This document shows, piece after piece, positions 21,403 to 32,114 of a stretch of DNA of 64,000 nt; within the stretch, counting starts at the first letter, position 1; each line of letters starts with the position of its first letter. The stretch lies in contig JBDHDE010000015.1 in NCBI GenBank assembly GCA_039591655.1, positions 1 to 64,000 of the forward strand. Direction: 5' to 3'. Made by a program: the position numbers and the translations under genes. The DNA comes from Gemmatimonadota bacterium. Lineage in GTDB: Bacteria > Gemmatimonadota > Gemmatimonadetes > Gemmatimonadales > GWC2-71-9. Below the pieces are notes generated by a model. It made no database searches and was not told the DNA's origin. It saw nothing but the letters and a program-made list of their open reading frames with translations.

Positions 21403-21500
21403 TTGAGCCCACTCCTTGTCGGGAGAGTGCGCGTACGGCGCCGGAGAAGGTGCTCGACCGAAGGGGCCGGGTCCGGCACTGGCGCGCCAGCCCACACCCT

Positions 21501-21578
21501 GTCATGGCCCCGTGTGGTGTACTATGACGCGCATCACAGGTCATGGCCCTTTGTGGGGTACTATGACGCGCCTCACAG
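21501..21578. repeat. Tandem 39-bp repeat (2 units), each with a CRP-like box TATGA-N6-TCACA
   Basis: GTCATGGCCCCGTGTGGTGTACTATGACGCGCATCACAG / GTCATGGCCCTTTGTGGGGTACTATGACGCGCCTCACAG in a divergent intergenic region. Confidence 0.85.
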
Positions 21579-21715
21579 GACAAGAGGCACCAGGCGTAGA
21601 GCTTTGTCAACGAAGGGGTTACCCCGGCCGAGGGGTGCCGCACGGTGGACCTGGTCGCGCATCCGGACCACCCCTGGTTAGCTTGCTGCTTCACGCCCGG
21701 TCACGGAGGTCACTG

Positions 21716-22363
21716 ATGCGAAGTTGGGGATACTCGTTCGGCGTGCTGCTGCTCGTGGGCGCCGCACCGCAAGCCTGGGGCCAGGAGGAGCGGCCCCATC
21801 ACGAAGCCCAGGAGCCTCAGATGCGGCAGCGGATGGAGCGCATGCACCAGATGCGTCAGCATGTGGAGCCCATGGTCCACGTGCGCGCGTATGCGCCGCC
21901 GCACCTGCTGGAGCGCCGGGAAGTCCTGGAGCTATCGGATGAGCAGGTGAGCCGGCTCGAGGCCTTTGCCGCTGAGCTGGAGGAGGCTCACGGTGCCGCG
22001 CAGGCAGAGGCCGAGTCGCACCACGCGCAGCTCATGGAGCTCTGGGAGGCGGATGCGCCGGACGTGGACCAGCTCCGCGCCCACGCCGAGGCCGCCATGG
22101 AAGCACAGCACCGGGCCCACCTGGCGGTGCTCACGGCGGCGGCACAGGCCAAGGGGCTGCTGACCGCCGAGCAGCGGGGGCGCGTCGCCGGGTGGCTGGA
22201 CGGCTGCCAGATGATGATGCACCAGCGCATGCAGCAGATGCACGGCCGCATGCAGATGATGCAGGGCATGCACGGACGCATGGAGGGGATGGAGGGCCAC
22301 ATGGAGCGCATGCAGTGCTGCATGGAGGAGCACCGGGAGACGGACCCCGAGCACCGGCAATAG
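21716..22363 (+). CDS. Spy/CpxP/ZraP-like periplasmic protein with Met/His-rich termini
   Basis: GGAGG RBS, signal peptide, LTxxQ motifs (LSDEQ, LTAEQ), M/H-rich tail ending MQCCMEEH. Confidence 0.8.
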   Translation: MRSWGYSFGVLLLVGAAPQAWGQEERPHHEAQEPQMRQRMERMHQMRQHVEPMVHVRAYAPPHLLERREVLELSDEQVSRLEAFAAELEEAHGAAQAEAESHHAQLMELWEADAPDVDQLRAHAEAAMEAQHRAHLAVLTAAAQAKGLLTAEQRGRVAGWLDGCQMMMHQRMQQMHGRMQMMQGMHGRMEGMEGHMERMQCCMEEHRETDPEHRQ

Positions 22364-22382
22364 GAAGGGTACGGTGCCTGGC

Positions 22383-22973
22383 ATGACTCGGATCTTTCTA
22401 GCCGGTCTGGCGCTCGCGGCCCTGGCCGTCACCGCGCCGGCCGCAGCGCAGGAGGGCACGCCCCAACCGCTGGCCGTGGGGACCGTGGCGCCCGACTTCG
22501 AGATCCCCGGCGCCACCCGCTACGGTGTGCTGCGGGATCCCGTGCGACTCAGCGACTTCCGTGGCAAGACCGTGGTTCTGGCCTTCTTCTTCCGCGCCCG
22601 GACGCCTGGCTGAACGATCCAGATGCATGCGTACCGTGACCAGTACGCACAGCTGTTTCGGGGCGGGCGCGACGTCGTGCTGATCGCCATCAGCACGGAC
22701 CCGGCGGAGGCCCTCGCAGCCTGGGCCCGGGACGACCAGCTCCCCTTCCTGTTCGGCAGCGATGAGGGCGCCGCGGTGGGACGGAGCTACGGGGCCTTCA
22801 TCGACCGGGCCAGCGGCCCTCTGGACAACCGCACCCTCTTCGTGGTGGATCCAGAGGGGCGAATCGCGTACCGGGCAGCCCCGTTCCGGGAGATCGATCC
22901 GATGGCCTATGAGGAGTTGGGAGCGGCGATCGGGCGGATCGCGCCGCCGCCGGAGGACGAGTCGGGGAACTGA
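22383..22973 (+). CDS. Exported selenocysteine-containing peroxiredoxin (AhpC/TSA, BCP-like); UGA at 22611-22613 read as Sec
   Basis: ORFs 22374-22613 and 22623-22973 share a frame; joined they read APDFEIPG...RLSDFRGKTVVLAFFFRARTPG-U-TIQM...LIAISTD...RTLFVVDPEGRI, with UGA at the peroxidatic Cys position; SECIS-like hairpin follows. Confidence 0.88.
22620..22655 (+). promoter_or_regulatory. Bacterial SECIS-like stem-loop
   Basis: Upper stem TGCGTAC/GTACGCA, loop CGTGACCA (G at position 2, then T) starting 21 nt after the UGA; lower stem CAG.TG/CA.CTG. Confidence 0.75.
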
Positions 22974-23003
22974 TTCGCGGGGCTGCCGCGCCGGAGGCGG
23001 CTG

Positions 23004-23522
23004 CTACCCGCCGACGATCCGCTCCAACGCCGCCACGAGGTCCTGCTGTTCCCCCACGCCGGTGTAGGCCACCCGGCCGTCGGCATCGAGGATGACGACG
23101 TAGCCGGTGGTCGGTGCCCGGTAGGCCCGCACTGCCGCACCCGTGACATCCCAAACCACCGGGTAGGGTACGGGGTGCTGCTCCAGGTAGCGCCGTACCG
23201 AGCGGGGCGTCTGGTTCACCGCCACGGCTACAGCGACGAACTCCACCCGCCCGGCGAAGCGTGTTGCCGCCTCCCCCAATTGCGGCCGCAGCGCCTCGCA
23301 CACGGTGCACCACCTGGCCCAGAATTGTAGCAACACCGGTCGCTCCCCGATCGACACCGCCAGGGAGACGGTGTCCCCATCCAGGCTCTCGACCTCCACC
23401 GCGGGGGGCGTGGCACCGATGGGAATCCCCACTTCCTGTGCATCCGCAGGCGGCGCCCAGCAGACGGTGCAGAGCGCCGCTACCGACACGGAAAACCGGG
23501 CGCATGCGCGGTCCGGCGTCAC
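23004..23522 (-). CDS. TlpA/ResA-family thiol:disulfide reductase
   Basis: SLDG...PVLLQFWARWCTVC, YPVVWD, VILDADGRV; GTG start overlaps the ccdA stop. Confidence 0.88.
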   Translation of the reverse strand: MTPDRACARFSVSVAALCTVCWAPPADAQEVGIPIGATPPAVEVESLDGDTVSLAVSIGERPVLLQFWARWCTVCEALRPQLGEAATRFAGRVEFVAVAVAVNQTPRSVRRYLEQHPVPYPVVWDVTGAAVRAYRAPTTGYVVILDADGRVAYTGVGEQQDLVAALERIVGG

Positions 23523-24238
23523 AGCGTCATCCCGGTCTGGATGAAGTAGTACTCGGCCATGGCCAGCATCACGACTCCTGCAGCTCTCTTGATCCACGTC
23601 ATCCATGGTCCTGCCTGGGGCAGTGCCACCAGTGTTCCGGCGGAGAGCCCCACGGCCACCAGCAACGCCGTCATCCCCAGGGAGAACACCATCAGATAGA
23701 TGAACCCCAGCACGACACTCCCCGTCGTGGAAACCCAGGTGAGCACCGCCGCGAAGGCTGGCGCTCCACAGGGAGCGGCGACGATTCCCGACGTGGCGCC
23801 GAGCAGGAAGACTGCCGGGTACGAGCCGCCCCGGAGACCTCCGGCCCAACGCACCACGCGCCGCGGCGCGGACAGCGGGATGACGTCCAGCATGGCAAGG
23901 CCGAACAGCAATAGCAGGTTCCCGATGACGAAGCGGGCCCACGGGCTGGACGACACCGTCCCGAACAACGAGCCCGTGAGCCCCGCGACGAGCCCCAGGA
24001 TTGCGTAGAGCAGCGCGAGGCCCGAGACGTAGGCCAGTGTGAGGCCGACGGTGCGACGGCGTGACTGCCGTGGTCCCGAGCTGCCCGCCAAGATGCCCGC
24101 AGTGATGGGAATCATCGGGTAAATGCACGGTGTGAGGCTCGTGATCAGACCTGCCCCGAACATGGTCACCAGCGCCACGAGCGGTTGGTGCTGCAGCAAC
24201 TCGGCGATTCCGGACTGGGCGGCGAGCGGGATGATCAT
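23519..24238 (-). CDS. ccdA: CcdA/DsbD-core transmembrane electron transporter
   Basis: AGLITSLTPCIYPMIPIT and AAPCGAP redox Cys motifs; six TMs. Confidence 0.92.
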   Translation of the reverse strand: MIIPLAAQSGIAELLQHQPLVALVTMFGAGLITSLTPCIYPMIPITAGILAGSSGPRQSRRRTVGLTLAYVSGLALLYAILGLVAGLTGSLFGTVSSSPWARFVIGNLLLLFGLAMLDVIPLSAPRRVVRWAGGLRGGSYPAVFLLGATSGIVAAPCGAPAFAAVLTWVSTTGSVVLGFIYLMVFSLGMTALLVAVGLSAGTLVALPQAGPWMTWIKRAAGVVMLAMAEYYFIQTGMTL

Positions 24239-24321
24239 GTCGCCGTAATGATAACCATCCGTATATTCTGGGCACCGCGTGACGCTGCACTCTGGGTGGT
24301 AGGCAACGGAAAGGAGCGGTA

Positions 24322-24972
24322 GTGCAGGGGACTCATCGAGCAGGAGGGATCGCCGCCCTCTGTGCCGCAGCCATGCTCCTCGCGCCTGGGCCGGCCCGCG
24401 CCCAGGAAGCCTCGGGCTCCGGTTGGTCCGCAGTTGGTGGTGGGGCCTTGGGGCTCTACTCCGGCGCCGTGCTGGGTTCCATGGGCTCCTGGGTACCCTG
24501 CAATCGAACCTACTACAGCCTCACCTGCGTGCGGGTGGCGACGGCACTGGGAGGCGCCGTCGGGTTGGCCGGGGGGATCGCCCTGGGGGATGCCGACAGC
24601 GAGCGCCTGGGAGACGCGGCCATCGCCGCCGGCGTTGGGGTCCTCGTTGGTGCTGCGGCCGGGATCGTCATGAAGCCGCACCTTCAGCGGTTCAGCTGGC
24701 TCGATGTCGCCGCCGTAGGAGTGATGGGCGGTGCCGTCGGCGCCTCGGCGCCCGGCTCGGCCATCGGTTTCGGGGCCGGCGCGCTGGTGGGGTTGGTGTT
24801 GTGGCGCGCGGCTCCCGGGTTCGAGCTGTCCGACGCCATCGGCCTGAGTCTCGTGGGGTTGGCAGCGGGCGGCCTCGCGGCCTGGGTGTACCGCGGGATC
24901 GACGCGCAGTCCAAGGCCGATGCCCCGAGCCAGCAGCTGTCCGTTCCCATCGGCCTCACACTCACGTTCTAG
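24322..24972 (+). CDS. Gly/Ala-rich exported or membrane protein of unknown function
   Basis: AAGGAG RBS, signal peptide (ARA-QE), glycine-zipper-like segments, C-terminal LTLTF. Confidence 0.7.
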   Translation: MQGTHRAGGIAALCAAAMLLAPGPARAQEASGSGWSAVGGGALGLYSGAVLGSMGSWVPCNRTYYSLTCVRVATALGGAVGLAGGIALGDADSERLGDAAIAAGVGVLVGAAAGIVMKPHLQRFSWLDVAAVGVMGGAVGASAPGSAIGFGAGALVGLVLWRAAPGFELSDAIGLSLVGLAAGGLAAWVYRGIDAQSKADAPSQQLSVPIGLTLTF

Positions 24973-25136
24973 GCCCGGCGACGGCGCCACGCGGTGCCGG
25001 ACCGCCACTCACAGCGACCCGGTCCCGCATACTGGACATTGCCGGGTCCTCGCCGCATTAGAGATGGACCCGTACATGGCGAGCAGCGACGCGCTCAACT
25101 CCGGTTTCTTGCACAGCCAGAAAGGTGACGAGCCCC

Positions 25137-26528
25137 ATGACACCAGCGTCACGCATCTCGAGATCCATGGTCGGTCTGTTGGCCCTGCTTGCTGGGGCGG
25201 CATCGGCGGCCGCCGCCCAGGACGCCCACTACTGGACCAATCAATACGGCACCCGCGGCAATCTCTTGGGTGGAGCGGTGGTCGGGAGCGTGGTGGACCT
25301 CAGCGCGGTGTACTACAATCCCGGCGCGGTTAGCCTGATCCAGGATCCCGACGTAATAGCGACCTCGAAGGTGTTCGAGTTGACCGGTGTGCGGGTGAGG
25401 GGATCGGGGGATCTCGATATTCGGCTCGACGATCAGACGCTGGGTGTGGCCCCGGGGTTCTTTGCCGGCCTTGTGCCCCTCAAGCTCTTTGGCAAGCACG
25501 TGCTGGGGTACTCGTTCCTCACCCGCTACAAGTTCGACGCGACCCTCCGGGCAGCCGGTGTTGGAACCGGAGATATCCTCGTTCCCAACCCCCCACCGGA
25601 GGACTTCTACGCGGAGTTGATGTTCGACACCAGGCTGAACGAGTCGTGGGGTGGTCTGACCTGGTCGTATCCCCTGGGGCAGAGATTCGGTATCGGCGCG
25701 ACGACGTTTCTCGCGATACGCAGCCAGCGGTCGCGCACTTCGATCACCGGCCAAGCCTTCGAGCCGGTCACGACAACCGGCGGGATCACTCTCACCGACG
25801 TCGGCTACAAGTACAGCCACTACCGGCTGCTGTGGAAGCTAGGCGTCACGTACGACTGGCTGGGGTTCAGCCTGGGGCTTACGGTCACTACGCCGGAGGT
25901 GAGGCTGTTCGGCTCCGGCGAGACGACGGTGAACCGGGTCGTCGTGGGGCAGGATATCGATGGTGACGCCATCCCCGATCCGCGGTTCATCGCCGACGTA
26001 CAGCAGGATCTCAAGGCCACGTACAAGTCGCCGCTGTCCATCGCAGGCGGGGCATCGTACTTCATCGGGAGGAACACGACCCTCCACGCAGCCGCCGAGT
26101 GGTTCGACAAAGTCGAGGGGTACGAGGTCCTGGCGACCGAGCCGTTCATTGGACAGAGCACCGGCGACACCCTGATTCTCAGGGTCACCCAGCAGCTCAA
26201 CTCGGTGTTCAACTGGGGCATCGGAGTCGAAGAGCAGTTGACGCCGGGCTTCTCCATGTCGGCCAGCTTCAGGACCGACCGGACCGCGATCGACAACTCG
26301 CAACGCAGCGACGTCTCGGTCGCCGCATGGAACGTCTTCTTCGTGACTGTGGGCACCAGCTTCCGGCTGGGCGGCGGCGAGTTCACCGTCGGCCTGGCCT
26401 ACGGCTTCGGGAGTGAGCAGGTCGACACGCTCTTCGAAGACGTAGATGACGAGATCATTGAGCCGCTGCCGGACGACGCGGAGCTCAAGTACCGGGCGTT
26501 ACGGCTCATAATCGCGTTCGGGTTCTAG
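25137..26528 (+). CDS. FadL/OmpP1-like outer-membrane channel
   Basis: Signal peptide; GTRGNLLGGA...DLSAVYYNPGA hatch-like motif; beta-strand pattern; C-terminal Phe; start uncertain. Confidence 0.72.
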   Translation: MTPASRISRSMVGLLALLAGAASAAAAQDAHYWTNQYGTRGNLLGGAVVGSVVDLSAVYYNPGAVSLIQDPDVIATSKVFELTGVRVRGSGDLDIRLDDQTLGVAPGFFAGLVPLKLFGKHVLGYSFLTRYKFDATLRAAGVGTGDILVPNPPPEDFYAELMFDTRLNESWGGLTWSYPLGQRFGIGATTFLAIRSQRSRTSITGQAFEPVTTTGGITLTDVGYKYSHYRLLWKLGVTYDWLGFSLGLTVTTPEVRLFGSGETTVNRVVVGQDIDGDAIPDPRFIADVQQDLKATYKSPLSIAGGASYFIGRNTTLHAAAEWFDKVEGYEVLATEPFIGQSTGDTLILRVTQQLNSVFNWGIGVEEQLTPGFSMSASFRTDRTAIDNSQRSDVSVAAWNVFFVTVGTSFRLGGGEFTVGLAYGFGSEQVDTLFEDVDDEIIEPLPDDAELKYRALRLIIAFGF

Positions 26529-26684
26529 AGGCCACTTGCCTCGCCCTTGTGCCGCCCGCGGCAGACGGGCGATCATATCTACTGGCCGCCGGCCCGGGCT
26601 AGGTGGAGCCGCGGGCAAGCATACCTGCTGACCGCCGCCCCGCGTGAGCCCGTGCAGCCATCATTTGATTAGTGGGGATCAGAG

Positions 26685-28844
26685 ATGCGGAAAGTCCCGA
26701 CTGTCACGGGCACACTGCTGGCCGCGGCGCTGCCAATCGTCGCCCTTGCGCTGGCGTTGGGTGCCAGACAGGGAGAGGAGCCCGAGAATGAGGGTTGGCC
26801 GCGCCGGATCGAAACCAACCGAGGGGACGTAGTCATCTACCAGCCCCAACTGGAGGAGTTCGAGGGAGACCGCCTCTCGAGTCGGTCTGCCGTCTCCGTG
26901 ACAGCGGCTGAGACTGAGGAGCCTCTGTTCGGCGCCGTGTGGTACGAGGCCCGGGTAGCCACAGATCGGGACGAGCGCACCGTTGAGATCGTGGATCTCT
27001 CCGTCCCCCGGGTGCGATTTCCCAACCTGAGCCCCGAGCAGCAGGACACGCTGGCCCGCTTCCTCGAGCAGGAGATTCCCAAGTGGGAGCTGACGCTGTC
27101 GCTGGATCGCCTGCTCACCAGCCTGGCGCTGGTAGAGGAACGGAGAGCGACGTCCGAGAACTTGAACAACGATCCGCCGGCCATCCTGGTCGTCAATGAG
27201 CCGGCCGTGCTCGTCACGATCGAAGGACCGCCGCGGATGCAGGCCGTCGAGAACTCGGAGTTGATGCGGGTGCTCAATACGCCATTCACCATCCTCTACT
27301 CACCGGACAGCCGGACCTACTACCTCTTTGCCGGTGAGGACAGTTGGTACGTGGCGGATGCCATTGATGGTGAGTGGCAGCTGACGGACGCAGTCCCGCG
27401 TGAGGTGGTGGCGCTGACGCCCCAGGAGCCTGAGGAGACCGAGCCCGAAGCACAGGATAGCGTAGCGGCCGAACCGGGACCCCCGCCGACCATCGTCGTG
27501 GCCACCGAGCCCACGGAGTTGATCGTCCTCGAGGGGGATCCCCAGTACACGCCCGTCGATGCCACGGACCTGCTGTACGTAGCGAACACGGAGAGCGACG
27601 TCCTGCTGGAGATCGACACGCAGCGTTACTTCCTGCTGCTGTCGGGAAGGTGGTACGCCGGCGAATCCCTGTTCAGTGGACCCTGGTCGTACGTAGCCGG
27701 TGAGGATCTGCCGGAGGATTTCGCCAACATCCCGCCGGAGTCCGACGTTGGGCACCTGTTGGTCTGGGTGCCGGGGACTGAGCTGGCGGAGGAGGCCCTG
27801 CTCGACAACCAGATTCCCCAAACGTCTGCCATCAAGCGGAGTGAGGCGCAGCTGGAGGTCACCTACGACGGGGCACCGGAGTTCGAGCCCATCGAAGACA
27901 CGGAGATGGAGTACGCTGTCAACACCGCCTCCCAGGTGATCAAGGTCGGCGAGAAGTACTACGCCTGCGACCAGGCGGTCTGGTTCGTGGCGGACCGACC
28001 CAGCGGCCCCTGGGTGGTGGCCGACTCGGTGCCGCCGGAGATCTACACGATTCCGCCCACCAATCCGGCGTACAACGTCACGTACGTGTACGTCTATGAA
28101 TCGACCCCCGAGGTCGTGTACGTGGGCTATTATCCCGGCTACTCGGGCAGCTACGTGTACGGGGGCACCATCGTGTACGGGACCGGCTGGTACTACCCGT
28201 CGTGGTACGGCGCGTACTACTACCCGCGGCCCGCGACCTGGGGCTTCCACATGCGCTGGAACCCGTGGTACGGCTGGAGTTTCGGGTTCAGCTACAGCAC
28301 GGGGCCCTTCACGTTCCACATCGGCTTCGGAGGTTGGCGCGGTTGGTGGGGGCCCGCGGGTTACCGCGGCTATCGCCACGGATATCACCGCGGATGGCAC
28401 CACGGATACCACGCCGGCGCCCGCGCGGGGTATCGGGCGGGGCAGCGGGATGCCTACCGACGGAACAACATCTACGACAAGGCCGGGAATCGGGCCCGCA
28501 ACGCCCCGCGGGCGGAGACCCGGGACCGCCAACGCCCCAACGTGGATCGGCAGCGGGAGAACAACGTCTACACCGACAGGGACGGCAACGTGCACCGGCG
28601 GAACCAGGACGGTAGCTGGCAGCAGCGGGACCGCGATGGCTGGGGTGAGCGCCGGGAGTCTGCTCCCAGCCAGGGAGGCGACCGCGCGGAGGGTCGCCAG
28701 CCTTCCACCCGCGATCGGAGCAGCAGCGGGATGAACCGCGACTATCAGGCTCGTCAGCGGGGATCACAGCGGACGCAGAACTACAGCAGCCAGCGGAGCC
28801 GCCCATCCGGTGGGCGGACGGGCGGCCGCCGCGGGCGGCGGTAG
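26685..28844 (+). CDS. Large exported hypothetical protein with Tyr/Trp/Gly-rich segment and disordered Arg/Gly-rich tail
   Basis: Signal peptide; WPR...IYQPQ; YGTGWYYP; low-complexity basic C-terminus. Confidence 0.8.
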   Translation: MRKVPTVTGTLLAAALPIVALALALGARQGEEPENEGWPRRIETNRGDVVIYQPQLEEFEGDRLSSRSAVSVTAAETEEPLFGAVWYEARVATDRDERTVEIVDLSVPRVRFPNLSPEQQDTLARFLEQEIPKWELTLSLDRLLTSLALVEERRATSENLNNDPPAILVVNEPAVLVTIEGPPRMQAVENSELMRVLNTPFTILYSPDSRTYYLFAGEDSWYVADAIDGEWQLTDAVPREVVALTPQEPEETEPEAQDSVAAEPGPPPTIVVATEPTELIVLEGDPQYTPVDATDLLYVANTESDVLLEIDTQRYFLLLSGRWYAGESLFSGPWSYVAGEDLPEDFANIPPESDVGHLLVWVPGTELAEEALLDNQIPQTSAIKRSEAQLEVTYDGAPEFEPIEDTEMEYAVNTASQVIKVGEKYYACDQAVWFVADRPSGPWVVADSVPPEIYTIPPTNPAYNVTYVYVYESTPEVVYVGYYPGYSGSYVYGGTIVYGTGWYYPSWYGAYYYPRPATWGFHMRWNPWYGWSFGFSYSTGPFTFHIGFGGWRGWWGPAGYRGYRHGYHRGWHHGYHAGARAGYRAGQRDAYRRNNIYDKAGNRARNAPRAETRDRQRPNVDRQRENNVYTDRDGNVHRRNQDGSWQQRDRDGWGERRESAPSQGGDRAEGRQPSTRDRSSSGMNRDYQARQRGSQRTQNYSSQRSRPSGGRTGGRRGRR

Positions 28845-28855
28845 AGGGGCAACGG

Positions 28856-30046
28856 ATGATCGTGAGACACCCCAGACTCTGGAGAGCCCCGCACAGTTCA
28901 CTTCTGACGGCCGCGGTCGGCGTGATCACCGTTTCCTGCGTGAGCATTCCCACGCAGACGCCCACCATGAAGCGGGTAGGAGTCGAGACGGTCACGGCGA
29001 CCCAGCTCAGAGAGATGGTGCTGCAGTACGCCACGGACTTCGGTCAGGCCGTGGAGGCGTTGGCGGACAGCATCCGAAACGCCAGCCCAGATCCCGAGGT
29101 TCAGTATCGGGCCCTGCTATGGAAGTCCGTCTCTGTCACGACCATCCGCGAGGCCGCGCTGCTGTCAGATCCGCTCCTGGCCCTTGTGGATGCCTGGTTG
29201 TACACAGTGCAGCTGCACGCGTTCGTCGAGTCGCCGCCGCCGCGCTACGACATCCTCCCCGGGGGTCATCGAGCCGCTGCGATCCAGTTGATCGCGGAGC
29301 AGGAGCGGAAGGCGCGCGATCTGGCCGTCCGGATTGTCGGAGAGGAGAAGGTGGCCGCATTCGAGCCGCGGTTGATGCGGTTCGCCGCTGAGCACCCCAT
29401 CGATCCGATCACGCTCAATCGCACATCGGTGATGGCGGCCGATACGGCGACGCTGCGGGATGTGGGCGGTGGCATCGGCGGCGCCATCGGGGCGACCTAT
29501 TGGAGCATGCGGGACGTGGCGGACCGCGCCGGCGCCATCAACGACGCTCTGGGGAAAGAGCTGCGCTGGAATGTCGAGCTGATCGCCCATGAGATCGCGC
29601 GCATGTCGGTGGTGGACAGCACCCTGACCAGCGTCCGCACTTCGCTCGACCGCATCGCCTCGCTGGCCGACACGCTGCCTACCCTGGTGAGTGGCGAGCG
29701 GGCCGTCGTGCTCGAGACGCTGCGCGCGGAGCTGATGACCCTCACCCGTGCCATCGACGCGATGCGGCTGGAGACGCTGGACGCGGTTCGGGCTGAGCGG
29801 CTCGCGGTGCTGGAGGCCGTCACCCTGGAGCGCATCGCGGTGCTCGGAGCCATCCGCCAGGAGCGGCTCGCCGTCCTGGCGGCCCTCGACTCCACGCTGT
29901 TACGCGCCATCGACCACTCCGAGAATCTCGTGGATCACATCTTCTTGCGTGTGATCCAGCTGCTCGCGCTGCTCGTGGTGGTGGTGGGCGTGCTCGTTTG
30001 GCTGGTGCTGCGCGGGCGGCGTCGGCAGGGAGCGGATCTGGCCTAG
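28856..30046 (+). CDS. Putative lipoprotein with 11-residue repeats and C-terminal TM anchor
   Basis: Lipobox-like TVSC; ERxAVLxAxxx repeats; hydrophobic C-terminal helix followed by RGRRR. Confidence 0.75.
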   Translation: MIVRHPRLWRAPHSSLLTAAVGVITVSCVSIPTQTPTMKRVGVETVTATQLREMVLQYATDFGQAVEALADSIRNASPDPEVQYRALLWKSVSVTTIREAALLSDPLLALVDAWLYTVQLHAFVESPPPRYDILPGGHRAAAIQLIAEQERKARDLAVRIVGEEKVAAFEPRLMRFAAEHPIDPITLNRTSVMAADTATLRDVGGGIGGAIGATYWSMRDVADRAGAINDALGKELRWNVELIAHEIARMSVVDSTLTSVRTSLDRIASLADTLPTLVSGERAVVLETLRAELMTLTRAIDAMRLETLDAVRAERLAVLEAVTLERIAVLGAIRQERLAVLAALDSTLLRAIDHSENLVDHIFLRVIQLLALLVVVVGVLVWLVLRGRRRQGADLA

Positions 30047-30156
30047 CGCTCTTCCGGCGTGCGAGCTTGCGCGCCCCAGTCCCCCGGTGAAGATTCGCGC
30101 GGCGCCCTGCCACGGGGCGTGAGGTGGTGCGGCGGATCCGTCCCCGAGGAGTCCCG

Positions 30157-32106
<1,950 letters not shown>

Positions 32107-32114
32107 GTCGGCGG

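Noticed and set aside
21501..21578. Possible mini-CRISPR array
   Set aside because: Only two abutting units with no unique spacer, and no cas genes in the window
22611..22613. Nonsense mutation (pseudogene) reading of the Prx TGA
   Set aside because: Falls exactly on the catalytic Cys codon, is followed by a SECIS-like hairpin, and the rest of the gene is intact
23523..24290. Apparent long N-terminal extension of TlpA (428-aa ORF)
   Set aside because: Shadow of ccdA; a GTG start overlapping the ccdA stop gives a normal TlpA
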